NCBI GenBank assembly: GCA_965198005.1
Contig: CBDAOI010000004.1
Coordinates: forward strand, 384,001 to 448,000
Direction of reading: 5' to 3'
From: Spirochaetia bacterium
Lineage (GTDB): Bacteria > Spirochaetota > Spirochaetia > SZUA-6 > Bin103
Length of the DNA: 64,000 nucleotides
The translations under genes and the position numbers were made by a program. The notes under the pieces are model-generated. The model had not been told where the DNA came from, did no database searches, and saw only the letters and a program-made list of their open reading frames with translations. Of the stretch, positions 38,953 to 49,254 are shown piece by piece (position 1 is the stretch's first letter; the number at the start of each line of letters is the position of its first letter).

Positions 38953-39033
38953 GTCATTCCGGGCGGAAAACCCGGAATCCAGAAAACGCAACCATTTGAA
39001 ATTACTCTGGATTCCGCCTTTCGGCGGAATGAC
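38953..39033. repeat. REP-like palindromic element
   Basis: GTCATTCCG...GGAATCCAG...CTGGATTCC...CGGAATGAC nested inverted repeats. Confidence 0.75.
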
Positions 39034-39358
39034 GGGAAAGGGGGATACAGGGGGATGGGGCCTTCACCAACGATGGGCTACAGGTGTTCTGTCCAGTGAT
39101 CCTTGAACACTGGACAGGGGGAATCAAGGGGGACACCCCCTTGATTCCCCGTTTCAAAGGGGTTTCACCCCTCTGAACTCCCCAAAACGGTGAGAGGCGA
39201 GTTTCTTGGCAGGGGTCATTCGCACCTTAGAGAGTGCCGCGCCAGCCGGGCAAGGGGATGGTCTAAGTGGATTGCGGTTTTCACCGCAATGACGGGGGAA
39301 ATGGGAATGACGAGAGAGGGCTGGCAATGACGGGGGAAATCGTGATGAGGTGTATCAC

Positions 39359-40324
39359 ATGAGAGCCTATATCATCAGGCGGTTATTGCTCATAATCCCC
39401 ACCTTGTTCATATTGACGATTCTGGTGTTTCTCTCGGTCCGCTTCATCCCGGGCGATGTAATAGACGTAATGATCGACAGGCTTGGACTATCATCAGCAG
39501 TCGGTGCGTCGTTTGACCGTGAAGCCCTCGAGCATAAGCTGGGATTGGACGTGCCTGTCCACGTGCAGTATGCACGCTGGGTAGGAGATATTTTCCTGCA
39601 CGGTAGCCTTGGCGAATCACTGATGGGCCGTGGGGCGGTGGAGGAAAAGATAGTAGATAGACTGCCGGTAACCATTGAGCTTGGCCTCCTGGCGATCATC
39701 ATCGGGCTGGTGATCGCCCTGCCGGTCGGCATCTACTCGGCGATTCGCCAGGATAGCCCCGCCGACTACATAGGGCGCTCGGTCGCCATCATCGGCCTGG
39801 CCACGCCGAACTTCTGGCTCGGCATCATGGTCATGATCTACCCGGCCATCTGGTGGGGCTGGGCGCCGCCGCTGGAGCTGGTTGCTTTCACCGAAGACCC
39901 GCTGGGGAATCTGGCGATGATCATCATTCCCAGCCTGATTCTGGGGACGGCCGCTGCTGCAAGCACCATGCGGATGACGCGCACCATGATGCTGGAGGTG
40001 CTCCGGCAGGACTATATCCGCACCGCCTGGTCCAAGGGGCTCAGGGAGCGGGCCGTGGTGGTCCGACACGCCGTCAAGAACGCACTCATCCCGGTGGTGT
40101 CCCTGATCGGCCTGCAGTTGCCGATCCTGGTAGGTGGCTCCGTTATCATGGAGAACATATTTAACCTGCCGGGGTTGGGTCGTCTCTTGCTGCTCGCTCT
40201 CAATGAGAGAGATTACCCGGTGGTCTCCGGAGTAAACCTGTTTTTCGCCACTGGGGTGGTTGGGATCAATCTGCTCATCGACCTGATCTACGCGGTCTTG
40301 GACCCGAGGGTCCGCTATGACTGA
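39359..40324 (+). CDS. DppB/OppB-like permease
   Basis: Conserved motifs. Confidence 0.95.
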   Translation: MRAYIIRRLLLIIPTLFILTILVFLSVRFIPGDVIDVMIDRLGLSSAVGASFDREALEHKLGLDVPVHVQYARWVGDIFLHGSLGESLMGRGAVEEKIVDRLPVTIELGLLAIIIGLVIALPVGIYSAIRQDSPADYIGRSVAIIGLATPNFWLGIMVMIYPAIWWGWAPPLELVAFTEDPLGNLAMIIIPSLILGTAAAASTMRMTRTMMLEVLRQDYIRTAWSKGLRERAVVVRHAVKNALIPVVSLIGLQLPILVGGSVIMENIFNLPGLGRLLLLALNERDYPVVSGVNLFFATGVVGINLLIDLIYAVLDPRVRYD

Positions 40325-41201
40325 TTTCTTGCGCAGGCTGGTCAAGGAGAAGCCACTGAGCATCATCGCCGGGGTCGTGATCCTGCTGTTGATACTCGTG
40401 GCGATCTTTGCCGATATTCTGGCGCCCTTTCCGCATGATGAAGTCAACATCGTAGACCGGATGCAGGCCCCCTCCGACCGGTATCTGTTGGGGACCGACC
40501 AGTTGGGGCGCGACCTGCTGAGCCGCTTGGTCTTCGGGGCTCAGATCTCACTGACCGTCGGCCTGGCGGCGACCACGGTCAACGTAGTGGTGGCGGTGCT
40601 GATAGGCGGAACATCAGGATTCTTCGGCGGTAGACTGGACCTGGCGGTGCAGAGATTCGTCGACGCCTGGATGGCGTTCCCGGGGCTGCTGCTGTTGCTC
40701 ACCATCATGTCGTTGGTGGGGCGGGGCTTGCTGCAGATCATCGTGGTGCTGCGGGTAACGGGCGGCATCGGCGGCTCGCGCGTAATCCGCGGCGCGGTTA
40801 TTGGGGTAAATGAGAACGTCTATTTCCAGGCGGCCGAGGCGATCGGCAGCACCAGGTGGCGCACCCTCATCCGCCACGTCCTGCCCAATATCGGCGCTCC
40901 GATCATCATCGTGTTCACCGTGTTCACCATCAACGTCGGGGCGGTGATCATCAGCGAGGCAGCGCTGAGCTTCCTGGGGTTCGGTCTGCCGATTTCGGTG
41001 CCCAGCTGGGGCGGGATGCTGAGCCGGGAAGGGCGTGAGTTCATGGAGGTGGCGCCGCGGCTGGCGCTGTGGCCAGGGCTGTGCCTGACGATTGTCGTCT
41101 ACTGCCTGAACATGTTCGGCGACGCGGTGCGGGATCTGCTCGACCCGCGGCTGCGGGGTGGCGGTGGTGGTCTCGGTGCCGGAGCCGCCGGGTCGGTTTA
41201 A
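40317..41201 (+). CDS. DppC/OppC-like permease (9-bp in-frame duplication, VFTVFT)
   Basis: Conserved motifs; GTGTTCACC twice at 40911-40928. Confidence 0.93.
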   Translation: MTDFLRRLVKEKPLSIIAGVVILLLILVAIFADILAPFPHDEVNIVDRMQAPSDRYLLGTDQLGRDLLSRLVFGAQISLTVGLAATTVNVVVAVLIGGTSGFFGGRLDLAVQRFVDAWMAFPGLLLLLTIMSLVGRGLLQIIVVLRVTGGIGGSRVIRGAVIGVNENVYFQAAEAIGSTRWRTLIRHVLPNIGAPIIIVFTVFTINVGAVIISEAALSFLGFGLPISVPSWGGMLSREGREFMEVAPRLALWPGLCLTIVVYCLNMFGDAVRDLLDPRLRGGGGGLGAGAAGSV

Positions 41202-41519
41202 GAGAGCTCGCCTGGGGGCCACGCGCCTGCGTGCGGGGCCGTGCACCCCACCCAGCAAGGCAAGGTGCGACGGGGTCGGCCCCAGATGTCTTCCCACTCG
41301 ATCACTCCGGCGCTTCCATCCTTCAGCTTCGCCGCCGCCCCGCCGACCCGTGGGTGCGCCGCCGACCGGAGGCTCCGCCCTCGATCATGCCGGATGAACA
41401 GCGACCTCCACCCGTGGCGCCCTCCATGGCCCCACGGGTGGCATGCGGCTCCCCTATTTTCAAGAGTCTTGACAGCTCGGGACTAACATCCGCGTCCTAC
41501 TCTCACTACCTGGATACGG

Positions 41520-41768
41520 ATGAGCAGAGGAAACGGGAAAAGACGTGGCGCTGTGATCGCTGATACCGTGGGCCGCCAGGACGGTTGGGTCGTCCGTCGC
41601 CTTTCGCCCTTCGTGGAAGGGATGTCTTCCACCACCTCGATAGGAACGGTTCTCACGTCCGAGGACGCACTTATCTCAGATTGGGTGAAGTTGGGCGAGG
41701 ACATGCACACCAGTGCCTGGGTGATACTTGGAACCTCTGACAACGACGACCGCAGCCGATCGACTTGA
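41520..41768 (+). CDS. Hypothetical protein of a type often found upstream of DUF2335 genes
   Basis: 'ALISDWVKLGEDM' motif; DUF2335-like fragment adjacent. Confidence 0.4.
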   Translation: MSRGNGKRRGAVIADTVGRQDGWVVRRLSPFVEGMSSTTSIGTVLTSEDALISDWVKLGEDMHTSAWVILGTSDNDDRSRST

Positions 41769-41769
41769 G

Positions 41770-41965
41770 CGAGCCACCCACCGAGCCTGCTGCAACTACG
41801 CCCAGGAGCGCCATGTACTGGATGAACGCAAACCATGCCCCGCGGTTCTCCACCCTGCGGCGATGGCTTCCTTCGGCGAAGAACTGGTCGAGTATACGCC
41901 CGGCCGAGCCAGGGACCAGCTGTTCGTACTCCCGCATGATGGACGGCGGGAGCATGGGCACCGTT
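41770..41965 (-). pseudogene. DUF2335-like membrane protein fragment
   Basis: 'PMLPPSIMREYEQLVPGSAGRIL....E..HRR'. Confidence 0.6.
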
Positions 41966-41979
41966 ACCTGGACGCCCAA

Positions 41980-42235
41980 TCCGGCACGCGTGTTGGAGCT
42001 GGTTGAGCGCGGCGTCATAGCCCCTGCCTTTCGGATCGAAGAGCACGCCGCCCCCGTCTTGCGCCTGCTGAACAAGTATGCCGATCAACAGATGCAGTTC
42101 GCCGACGCTTGTCTGGTCCGCATGTCGGAGATCACCAGCGTCAGCCGCGTATTCACGATCGATCGCACTGATTTCAGTGTCTACCGACGCTTCGAGCGGC
42201 GCGTGATCCCCCTCATCGCACCACGCGAGGCCTAA
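41980..42235 (+). pseudogene. C-terminal fragment of a PIN-domain toxin
   Basis: 'KYADQQMQFADACLV......VFTID..DFSVYR'. Confidence 0.75.
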
Positions 42236-42377
42236 CGCGGCGCTGCGAAGCCGACTTGTCGCGGAGCTGTGAGAACCAAAGCTACGCGACCCCGCCCGTA
42301 GTCCCGGCTGCAACCGGCGTACAGCGGGCTGCGACGATGCCTTGCCCGATGCCACAGAATATGGTATACATGATGGC

Positions 42378-42650
42378 ATGAGAGCAACCATTGATCGTGC
42401 CGGCCGTATCGTTGTGCCCAAGGCGATTCGCGACGCAGCAAATCTGCGCGCCGGCACCGAGGTCCAGTTTCGCGTGCAGGGTGGCCATGTGGAGATCGAA
42501 CCTGTCCCGCTGACGGTCACCCTCCAGCGCCGTGGCTCGCTCGTGGTCGCGGTACCTCAGGCGAACCAGCCAGTCATGCGCACGGCAGACGTGGACAAGA
42601 CGATTGCGGAGCTCCGCAACGGACCGATGGCGCCGGAACCGACGGGGTGA
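42378..42650 (+). CDS. AbrB/MazE-family antitoxin
   Basis: 'MRATIDRAGRIVVPKAIRD...L.AG'. Confidence 0.9.
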   Translation: MRATIDRAGRIVVPKAIRDAANLRAGTEVQFRVQGGHVEIEPVPLTVTLQRRGSLVVAVPQANQPVMRTADVDKTIAELRNGPMAPEPTG

Positions 42651-43078
42651 CTCGCTATCTTTGTGATACCAGCGCCCTGATCGCGGCGGTGAGCTCATGG
42701 CATGAACATCACGATCGCACACGTGTCGAGCTTGAGCGCCGAAAGCGCAGCAACGAGGAGTTAGTCGTCGCCGCCCACTCCTTGGCCGAGACCTATGCAG
42801 TTCTTACGCGATTGCCGGCGCCGCATCGGCTCCGGGCTGCTGATGCCATCGCCCTTATCGAGAGGAACTGGAAGGACACGCCAATCATACACCTGACCGG
42901 ACTCGAGATGTGGAATGCACTGCGTGAAGCGCAGCAGCGCACGCTGATCGGCGGGCAGATGTATGACGTGCTCATCGCGGTAGCCGCACTGAAGGCCGAA
43001 GCATCGACGATCATTACCTGGAACGTGCGCCACTACGAAGCCTTCGTACTGAGTATCGCCGTGGAGGCACCACCATAG
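42647..43078 (+). CDS. vapC: VapC PIN-domain toxin
   Basis: 'DTSALIA', 'SLAETYAVLTR', 'YDVLI', 'TWNVRHY'. Confidence 0.9.
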   Translation: MTRYLCDTSALIAAVSSWHEHHDRTRVELERRKRSNEELVVAAHSLAETYAVLTRLPAPHRLRAADAIALIERNWKDTPIIHLTGLEMWNALREAQQRTLIGGQMYDVLIAVAALKAEASTIITWNVRHYEAFVLSIAVEAPP

Positions 43079-43112
43079 GCATCGTGGTAAACGAACGCAC
43101 ACCTACAGATCG

Positions 43113-43141
43113 TTGACACTACGAAGCCAAACGAATACTAT
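43113..43141 (+). promoter_or_regulatory. Sigma70-like promoter of the RelBE-like operon
   Basis: TTGACA-N17-TACTAT. Confidence 0.65.
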
Positions 43142-43161
43142 TGAATACAGAGAGGTTCGAG

Positions 43162-43404
43162 ATGCCAAAGACCGTCACCGTCCGCCTCGACGAAGATACC
43201 TATCAGATGATTCGCAGCGCTGCCGAAGGCCAAATGCGCAGCATCTCAAACTTCATCGAGTACGCTACTCTGTCCTATCTTGCCGAGGAAGCGTTCGTGT
43301 CTGACGACGAGATGTCCGACATTCTTGCCGATACCGACTTACTGGCTACTTTGAAGAGGGCTCGATCCGACCTAGCCGGCAAACAGTACAAGATTGTCGA
43401 GTAA
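43162..43404 (+). CDS. Ribbon-helix-helix (CopG-like) antitoxin
   Basis: 'MPKTVTVRLDEDTY..I..AA....RSISNFI'. Confidence 0.8.
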   Translation: MPKTVTVRLDEDTYQMIRSAAEGQMRSISNFIEYATLSYLAEEAFVSDDEMSDILADTDLLATLKRARSDLAGKQYKIVE

Positions 43405-43635
43405 GTATTCGATCGCGGAAACAGAGACGTTTCGGAGATCCCTACGCAAGAACAAGAACTACGCCTCGCTGTCGAAGCGGATTCGAGAAGTAGTATACCC
43501 GGTTCTCCGGCGAGAGCCACACTTTGGACCCAACATCAAACGGCTGAAGGGTGAGTTCAGCGACTTCTATCGCTATCGCGTCGGTGATCACCGGCTGTTC
43601 TACACGATTGACGAAACACAGATCGTCGTACTCAT
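43394..43635 (+). pseudogene. RelE/ParE-family toxin, 3' end truncated by the inverted SBP fragment
   Basis: 'GPNIKRLKG...YRYRVGDHRLFYTID'. Confidence 0.8.
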
Positions 43636-44419
43636 TGTAGTCGGGATTCTTGGCAAAGGTGATTGAGCTGCTCTCGACCCAATCGGTCATCATGAACGGT
43701 CCGGTGCCGACCAGGTTCCTCCAGTCGGTAACGTCGCCGTGTTGCTTGATGACCTCGGGGGCGTTCATGAAGGCATAGATGTCGTCGAGCAGTACCACCA
43801 GCGCATCAAGGGGTGGCTTCCTCAACTTGAAGACGACCGTATATTCGTCGGTGGCCGTTATCGATTCGAATTGCATCCCGGCGAGTCGGGCCGCTTGGGC
43901 GGGAGGTTCGGTGAAGCCGCTGCCGGTACCGCTATAGCGGTGGAAGTTGAACACGATATCCTCGGCAACCAGCTCGCGCCCGTTCATAGGGGGTTTGTCG
44001 TGCCAGCGAACGCCCTCGCGGATGTGGAAGATGACGGTGCTGGGATCAGGCTGTTCCCAGCTTTCCGCCAGGGCCCCGGCATAGTGTTCTTCGAGCAGAA
44101 ATTCATTTGCAAGGTCATTCACGCTTCTATCTATTGCCCAGTTCCCGTGGCCTAGTTTCTCTATGACGCCACTGACCGCTTTTGATGCCCCGTACCCCGC
44201 GATCGACATGTCAGCATTCGGAGGCTCGTACTGGTAGACGAAGGTCAATGTCCCGCCGTACTGTGGCGCCACTACCACCTTGCCGTTGGTGGGGTCGGTG
44301 ACATACTTCTTGTCGGCGGCGGACGCCGACTCCTCTTCTGCGCCAGCGGCCCAGAGGCCGGTCGCGGTCAGGACGAGGACCACCGCAACCGCGAAGGTCC
44401 GTGAAATGAGCATCTTCAT
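43630..44419 (-). pseudogene. N-terminal half of a family 5 SBP, inverted
   Basis: Same signal peptide and motifs up to 'KNPDY', then runs into antisense relE. Confidence 0.9.
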
Positions 44420-44431
44420 TGTTTTCTCCAT

Positions 44432-44913
44432 CCAAAGTGATTATTGAGAGTATTGCGGAGCGAATTGCCGCTCCCTGGCTACTCTGACGCCCGCAACCGC
44501 GGGCGCGCCCGCTAACGCAGACGGCCAGTGTGAGTCAATGCTTTGAAGCGCGCGGCGTGTGACTCACCGGGTGAGCGGGAACCAGGCCCGTAGTTCGCCC
44601 GGGCTCACGCCGCGCGCGCCTACGGTTCTTTCAGTGTCATGCGAACCTCCTGCTGTTCTAGATCTACGTCGGGAGCTGCGTTGCAACGCGACGCGGGGCG
44701 GTGGTCGGCCGAGCAACGCATGTGGATGACCGGCGACGAGGGCGGTCGGTTCTGTGACGGTGAGTTGGGGGGCGGGGATCCAGGACCGATGCGGTCGTAG
44801 CCGGCGGCTGCCCCCTTGCTCCCGGCGAGGGTGCCCGCCGCGGCGTGTATAGGGCGATCAGCCGGAGCGGTTAGTTGTTTGTCGGTTCGAAAAGCTGGGG
44901 GGGGGGGGGGGGG
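44432..44913 (-). promoter_or_regulatory. SBP leader copy 5 (inverted, diverged) with C17 tract
   Basis: Reverse complement aligns to the leader; mini-ORF shortened to MTLKEP*. Confidence 0.7.
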
Positions 44914-46100
44914 ACCACGCACTCGAAGCTGCCGATCTTTCGGCGCCCGCCCCGCACTGTGGGCACGACCTCCTCGCACTCGTCATCCAGCGCTCCCCGT
45001 CGGGATGCGCGCCTGCGGCGGCGTAGGTGACCACGCGCGGGCACGCGGATCGCCGTCCACCCCAGCCACCAATGTTCGAACGGGTCGGCATCCCAGCTTC
45101 CCTAGCGCTCGATCACGTCGGCGCCGGCATCCTTCCGCTTCGCCACGGCCGCGCCGCCCCCGTGCGTGCGCGGCCGACTGAGAGCCCCCGGGCTTGACGC
45201 CGGATGCTCGGTGACCTCCTCCCGTGATGCCCTCCCTGGCCCCACGGGTGTGCATGCGCCGTCGGCTATTCCGGAGGCGCGCCCGGAACGCGCCCGACCA
45301 GGTCGACCAGCGCCGGGCCGTGTACGGGCGTGAGCTCACCGGTCAGCTCGAAGTAGCGCCTGGCATCGCAGCGTCTGCGCATCATCGGGCGCCGCAGACC
45401 GAGCCGGCGAAGTGTACCGAGTAGGTGGCCCCGTAGAGCTGGCCCCGAGAAGCGCGCCAGGTACTCGCCGGAGCGACCGGCGACCGCACCGATCTCGACG
45501 CTGATCTCTCGTCTCTCATCGGCGCACTCTCAATACTCATCGTCACAGCGAAGCCGGGCACCAGGTAACTCATCACACGACTGACGCGTCGTCCGTTCGT
45601 GGGCCCCGTCTGACGCGGTCCTCCGCGCGCACAGACACAGGCTTTCCCGTGCCATGGAGGCTGCGGGCGGTTGGGCGCGTCCGGAGTCCGCGACGATTCA
45701 GCCCAGCGGCGCCGGGCCCTCGGAGAATTGCCATCGCTCCTGAAACCGTGCCCATCCCTCTCATCGGCGGCTAGTCACGAAACTACGTGTAGCTATCACC
45801 CTTCGACGGGGTGCGGCCGGATGTGGCGACGGCGCGGTTGAGACGCCAGCCGCGTGGTGACGATTGCCGGTTGCCGGTGAGGTGAGGCTACCGGACCTGC
45901 GACAGGTCGACGGCAACGTCCGCGGGCGTCGCCATTGCCAACCGATCGGTGTGAGCGCCACGCCCCACGTGGTTACCCCGTTCCACGTGATAGGCCAAGA
46001 CCTGCTGTGCGTCGGGATCGGCTCGGCGAGATTCGCCCGACATGCTCGGTCAAGAACCGTCTGTCGAGTATGATCGGAACCTCAATTTGCGAGCACGTTG

Positions 46101-46394
46101 ATGATCACGTTTGAATGGGACGATAGGAAGGCAATCTCAAATGAGCGTAAGCACGGAGTGAACTTCTTTGAGGCAACCAGCGTGTTCGATGACCCTCTTG
46201 CCCTCACCGTTCCTGATGCACAGCACTCCACGCCTGAGGAAGAGCGATGGATCACCAGTGGACGGGCATCATCAAATCGGCTACTCGTCGTGGTCTACAC
46301 CCACGCGTACAAGAAAGAGAACGACGAGTTGATTCGGATCATCTCCTCTCGGCTGGCGACCGCCGCGGAACGAAAGGAGTATACTGAGGGGTAG
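46101..46394 (+). CDS. BrnT-family (DUF497) toxin
   Basis: 'FEWDDRKA.SN.RKHGV.F.EA..VF.DP', 'EERW', 'IRIISSR.AT..ER'. Confidence 0.92.
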   Translation: MITFEWDDRKAISNERKHGVNFFEATSVFDDPLALTVPDAQHSTPEEERWITSGRASSNRLLVVVYTHAYKKENDELIRIISSRLATAAERKEYTEG

Positions 46395-46395
46395 T

Positions 46396-46674
46396 ATGGG
46401 GATGCGCGACGAATACGACTTCACAGGTGGCAAACGAGGTGTCTTCTATCGCCCCGGACAACCCAAGCGGTTTGTGATCGCTTTGGATCACGTGCCACAC
46501 CCGGCGAGCTTTGAAATCTCACAGAATGAGAACGACGAGTACACCTTTTCTCTCAAGCTCGAGACTGGGGAAGTCGTTTTTTCGCGTGGCCCATTCCGGT
46601 CTCGCGAAGAGGCCCTGCAGTGTATCGAACACCTGAGGGAGAGCGTGATCGCTGCCGAGACAATCGGGGTCTGA
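46396..46674 (+). CDS. Putative antitoxin: BrnA-like N-terminus fused to a DUF1508/YegP-like domain
   Basis: 'MRDEYDFTGGKRG.FY' followed by 'FEI.QNENDEYTFSLKLETGEVV...GPF.S.EEAL..IE.LR'. Confidence 0.6.
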   Translation: MGMRDEYDFTGGKRGVFYRPGQPKRFVIALDHVPHPASFEISQNENDEYTFSLKLETGEVVFSRGPFRSREEALQCIEHLRESVIAAETIGV

Positions 46675-46679
46675 CCATT

Positions 46680-46965
46680 CGAGCTGCTGCGACAGCGGGT
46701 GCCTTCGTCGTCGGCCCAGTCGAGCAACAAGTCGAGGAGCATGGCATCGTCGTAGATGCCGTAATGGTTCGGGTGCGGCCAGTTGCTCGCCCACAGCCTG
46801 CGCTCCGGCGCGGCTCGCACGAGCTCCCGGGCCGTGGCGCGTAGATCGGCAACAGCGGTTGCCCGGCCGCAGTCGACTCGAATGGCGCCCACAGCTTGAC
46901 CCAGCACCTGCCGCCACCGACGAGGCCCAGCAACGACCGAAAGGTGCCGTGATCGACGCCGACCG
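46680..46965 (-). pseudogene. Amidohydrolase_2-family C-terminal fragment, frameshifted
   Basis: 'GRCWVKL.AP' and 'APERRLWASNWPHP' in different frames. Confidence 0.65.
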
Positions 46966-47314
46966 GCGGCATAGCGATCAGGCGCTCCTTCTCGGCCGCG
47001 TGCGTCATCACGCTGCGCAGGTACGCCTTGATGATGGTGCGGTACTCGCCGGGCAGCGCGTCGGCCTGGAGGAACAGCTCGGCGAGCCTGAGGTCGTGAT
47101 AGCGGAAGTCGGCCTTCTGACCGACCAGCAGATACTCGAGGGGCACGTTGAAGAACTGACACAGCTTCACTGCGTTCTCGAACGAGGGCATGACGCGGTC
47201 GGCCTCGTAGGAGGCGAGGTTGTTGTGGGAGATGCCGACCGCATCGGCGAGCCGGCGGTAGGAGAGCCCTGACTGCTTTCGGAGGCCCTTGAGGTGGATG
47301 CCGAGCGAAGCCAT
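46966..47314 (-). CDS. XRE-family HTH regulator (stop lost by fusion to the amidohydrolase fragment)
   Basis: 'LKGLRKQSGLSYRRLADAVGIS...YE....PS......L...F.V..EYL'. Confidence 0.8.
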
Positions 47315-47546
47315 AGCTGCAGCATACGCACAATCGTGCGAAAAATTGTACCGGAAGGGTTGCCACGCACTCCTATATAGGGTACTAATACGTCCTGTAT
47401 TGTTGCGCCGACCAGGTCGCCGAGCATCTGGCGCGCGACGAGGAGCTACGCGAGAAGCGAGAGATTTCGCTGCAGCTATGACCAAGGATGGAGAGGAAGG
47501 CTCCGTGGCGGTACCACGGAGCCGATCGAAGGGGAGTGCGACCTCG

Positions 47547-48479
47547 CTACGCGACGAGCACCAGGACTACGCCCGCCACCGCCAGCAGGGTGCCGGCCAC
47601 GGTCAGCGCGCCCGGCGGCTCGCGCAGCAGCAGGGCACTCAGAGGAGCCGCGTACAAGGGTGCCGTGGCGCCGATGATGGCGGTGAACGTGACCCCCACC
47701 AACTTGATCGATTCCACGTACAGCGTGCCGACCACCACCCAGCCAAGCAGACCGCTCAGGACGAGATACCACAGCGTGCGGCGGTTGCGGAGCACTCGTT
47801 CGGCAGCGTCGAGTGCGCCCGGACGCCGCAACGCCACGCCCAGCGAGAGCAGCGCGGCCACGGGCACGCGCACGGCGTTCACGGCCAGGGTGGTCATGCC
47901 CTCGACGGCAATGGCGGTGAGGATAACCTCCAGACCCCAGGCGGCCGCGGTGGCAGCGGCCAGCAGCAGTCCCGTCGTAAGCTGTCTCCGGGCCACGTCG
48001 GGGACATCCTTCGCCGCGGTCGGTAGCGGCTTGCGCGCCATCCCCGGCGCGCGCTCCGGCAGCGACAGCAGCGTAGCACCCCCCACCACCAGGAACGCGC
48101 CGACGATCGCCGGCGGACGCGGCGCGTCACCCCAGAGCAGAAACGCGAACAGCATGGTGAAGATGGGGAAGCTGCAGGTCACGGGGACGGTGCGCGCTAC
48201 GCCCACCAGGCGCAACGCCGTCACGCTGCAGGTGTCTCCCACCAGCCCGCCTACCACGATGGCGGCTACGATTATCAGGACTCGCGTGGGCGTGAAGGCG
48301 GCGGCTCCGGGAGTGCCGGCCACCAGGAACCAGGCCACTACCACCATCGCTCCCAGCAACGCGCGCAGCCCGTTGAGCACGAACGCGTCCAGCCGCAGCG
48401 ACAGGTGGCGCAACAGAACACTCGTGACCCCCCAGCTCACGGCGTGGGCGAAGGCGACGAAGATGCCCCATCCGGTCAT
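47547..48479 (-). CDS. EamA/DMT-family transporter
   Basis: About ten hydrophobic segments in two repeats; 'PLYAAPLSALLLREP'. Confidence 0.85.
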   Translation of the reverse strand: MTGWGIFVAFAHAVSWGVTSVLLRHLSLRLDAFVLNGLRALLGAMVVVAWFLVAGTPGAAAFTPTRVLIIVAAIVVGGLVGDTCSVTALRLVGVARTVPVTCSFPIFTMLFAFLLWGDAPRPPAIVGAFLVVGGATLLSLPERAPGMARKPLPTAAKDVPDVARRQLTTGLLLAAATAAAWGLEVILTAIAVEGMTTLAVNAVRVPVAALLSLGVALRRPGALDAAERVLRNRRTLWYLVLSGLLGWVVVGTLYVESIKLVGVTFTAIIGATAPLYAAPLSALLLREPPGALTVAGTLLAVAGVVLVLVA

Positions 48480-48616
48480 CGGGACGGACCTCGGGACACG
48501 TCCTACCCGCGGGTGCCCCGGCGCGCGGCGCGGGTGCTCCAGGGCAGGATGAGGCGGCTCACAGGTCGCCCCAGCGCCGTTCGGCCGCGGCCTGCAGCAC
48601 GGCGTCGCACACCACA

Positions 48617-49210
48617 ATGGGCCAGCAGGTCGCCGGTCACACCGCTGCCGGCCACGCTCTTGTCCAGCCGCCACAGGGTGTTGCCGCCCTGCGGCACGTC
48701 CGGGCTGATGGTCCAGTCCTGCAGGTAGCGCGACCGGTAGTGGAACACGCGCCCGATGCGGCCCTCGTCGACGATCTGCTTGGCCAGGGCGATGGCCGGC
48801 ACCCGGCGGTAGTTGAACCACACCATGTTGGGCCGGCCGGCGGCGGCCACCGCTGCCACCAGTTGCCGGCCCTGCGCGGCGTCCATCGCCAGCGGTTTCT
48901 CGCAGGCGATCATCTTGCCCGCGGCGGCCGCGGCGCGGCCCATTTCCAGGTGCACGTGGTTGGGGGCGCAGATGTCGACCAGGTCGACGTCGGGCCGCTC
49001 CACCACCCGGCGCCAGTCGGTGTCGGTTTCCTGCCAGCCCCAGTTGGCGGCGAACGCCTCGAGCTGGTCCTGCCGGCGCGCGCTGGCTACCTTCATCACC
49101 GGCTCGTACTCCAGGTCGAAGAAGTTGCCCACCGTGCGGTAGGCGTTGGAATGGGCGCGGCCCATGAAGCCGTAGCCGATGATGGCGACGTTCAGTTTTT
49201 TCTTGGCCAT
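48617..49210 (-). pseudogene. Gfo/Idh/MocA oxidoreductase, C-terminal part missing
   Basis: '[11 protein letters not shown]', 'CEKPLA', breaks after 'GDLLAH'. Confidence 0.85.
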
Positions 49211-49254
49211 GGCGTCCTCGGTTACAACGAATATAATGAACGCGCCAAGTCGCG

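Noticed and set aside
42230-42300. Integron attC site (GCCTAAC overlapping a stop codon)
   Set aside because: No matching GTTRRRY arm at a suitable distance and no integron integrase in the window
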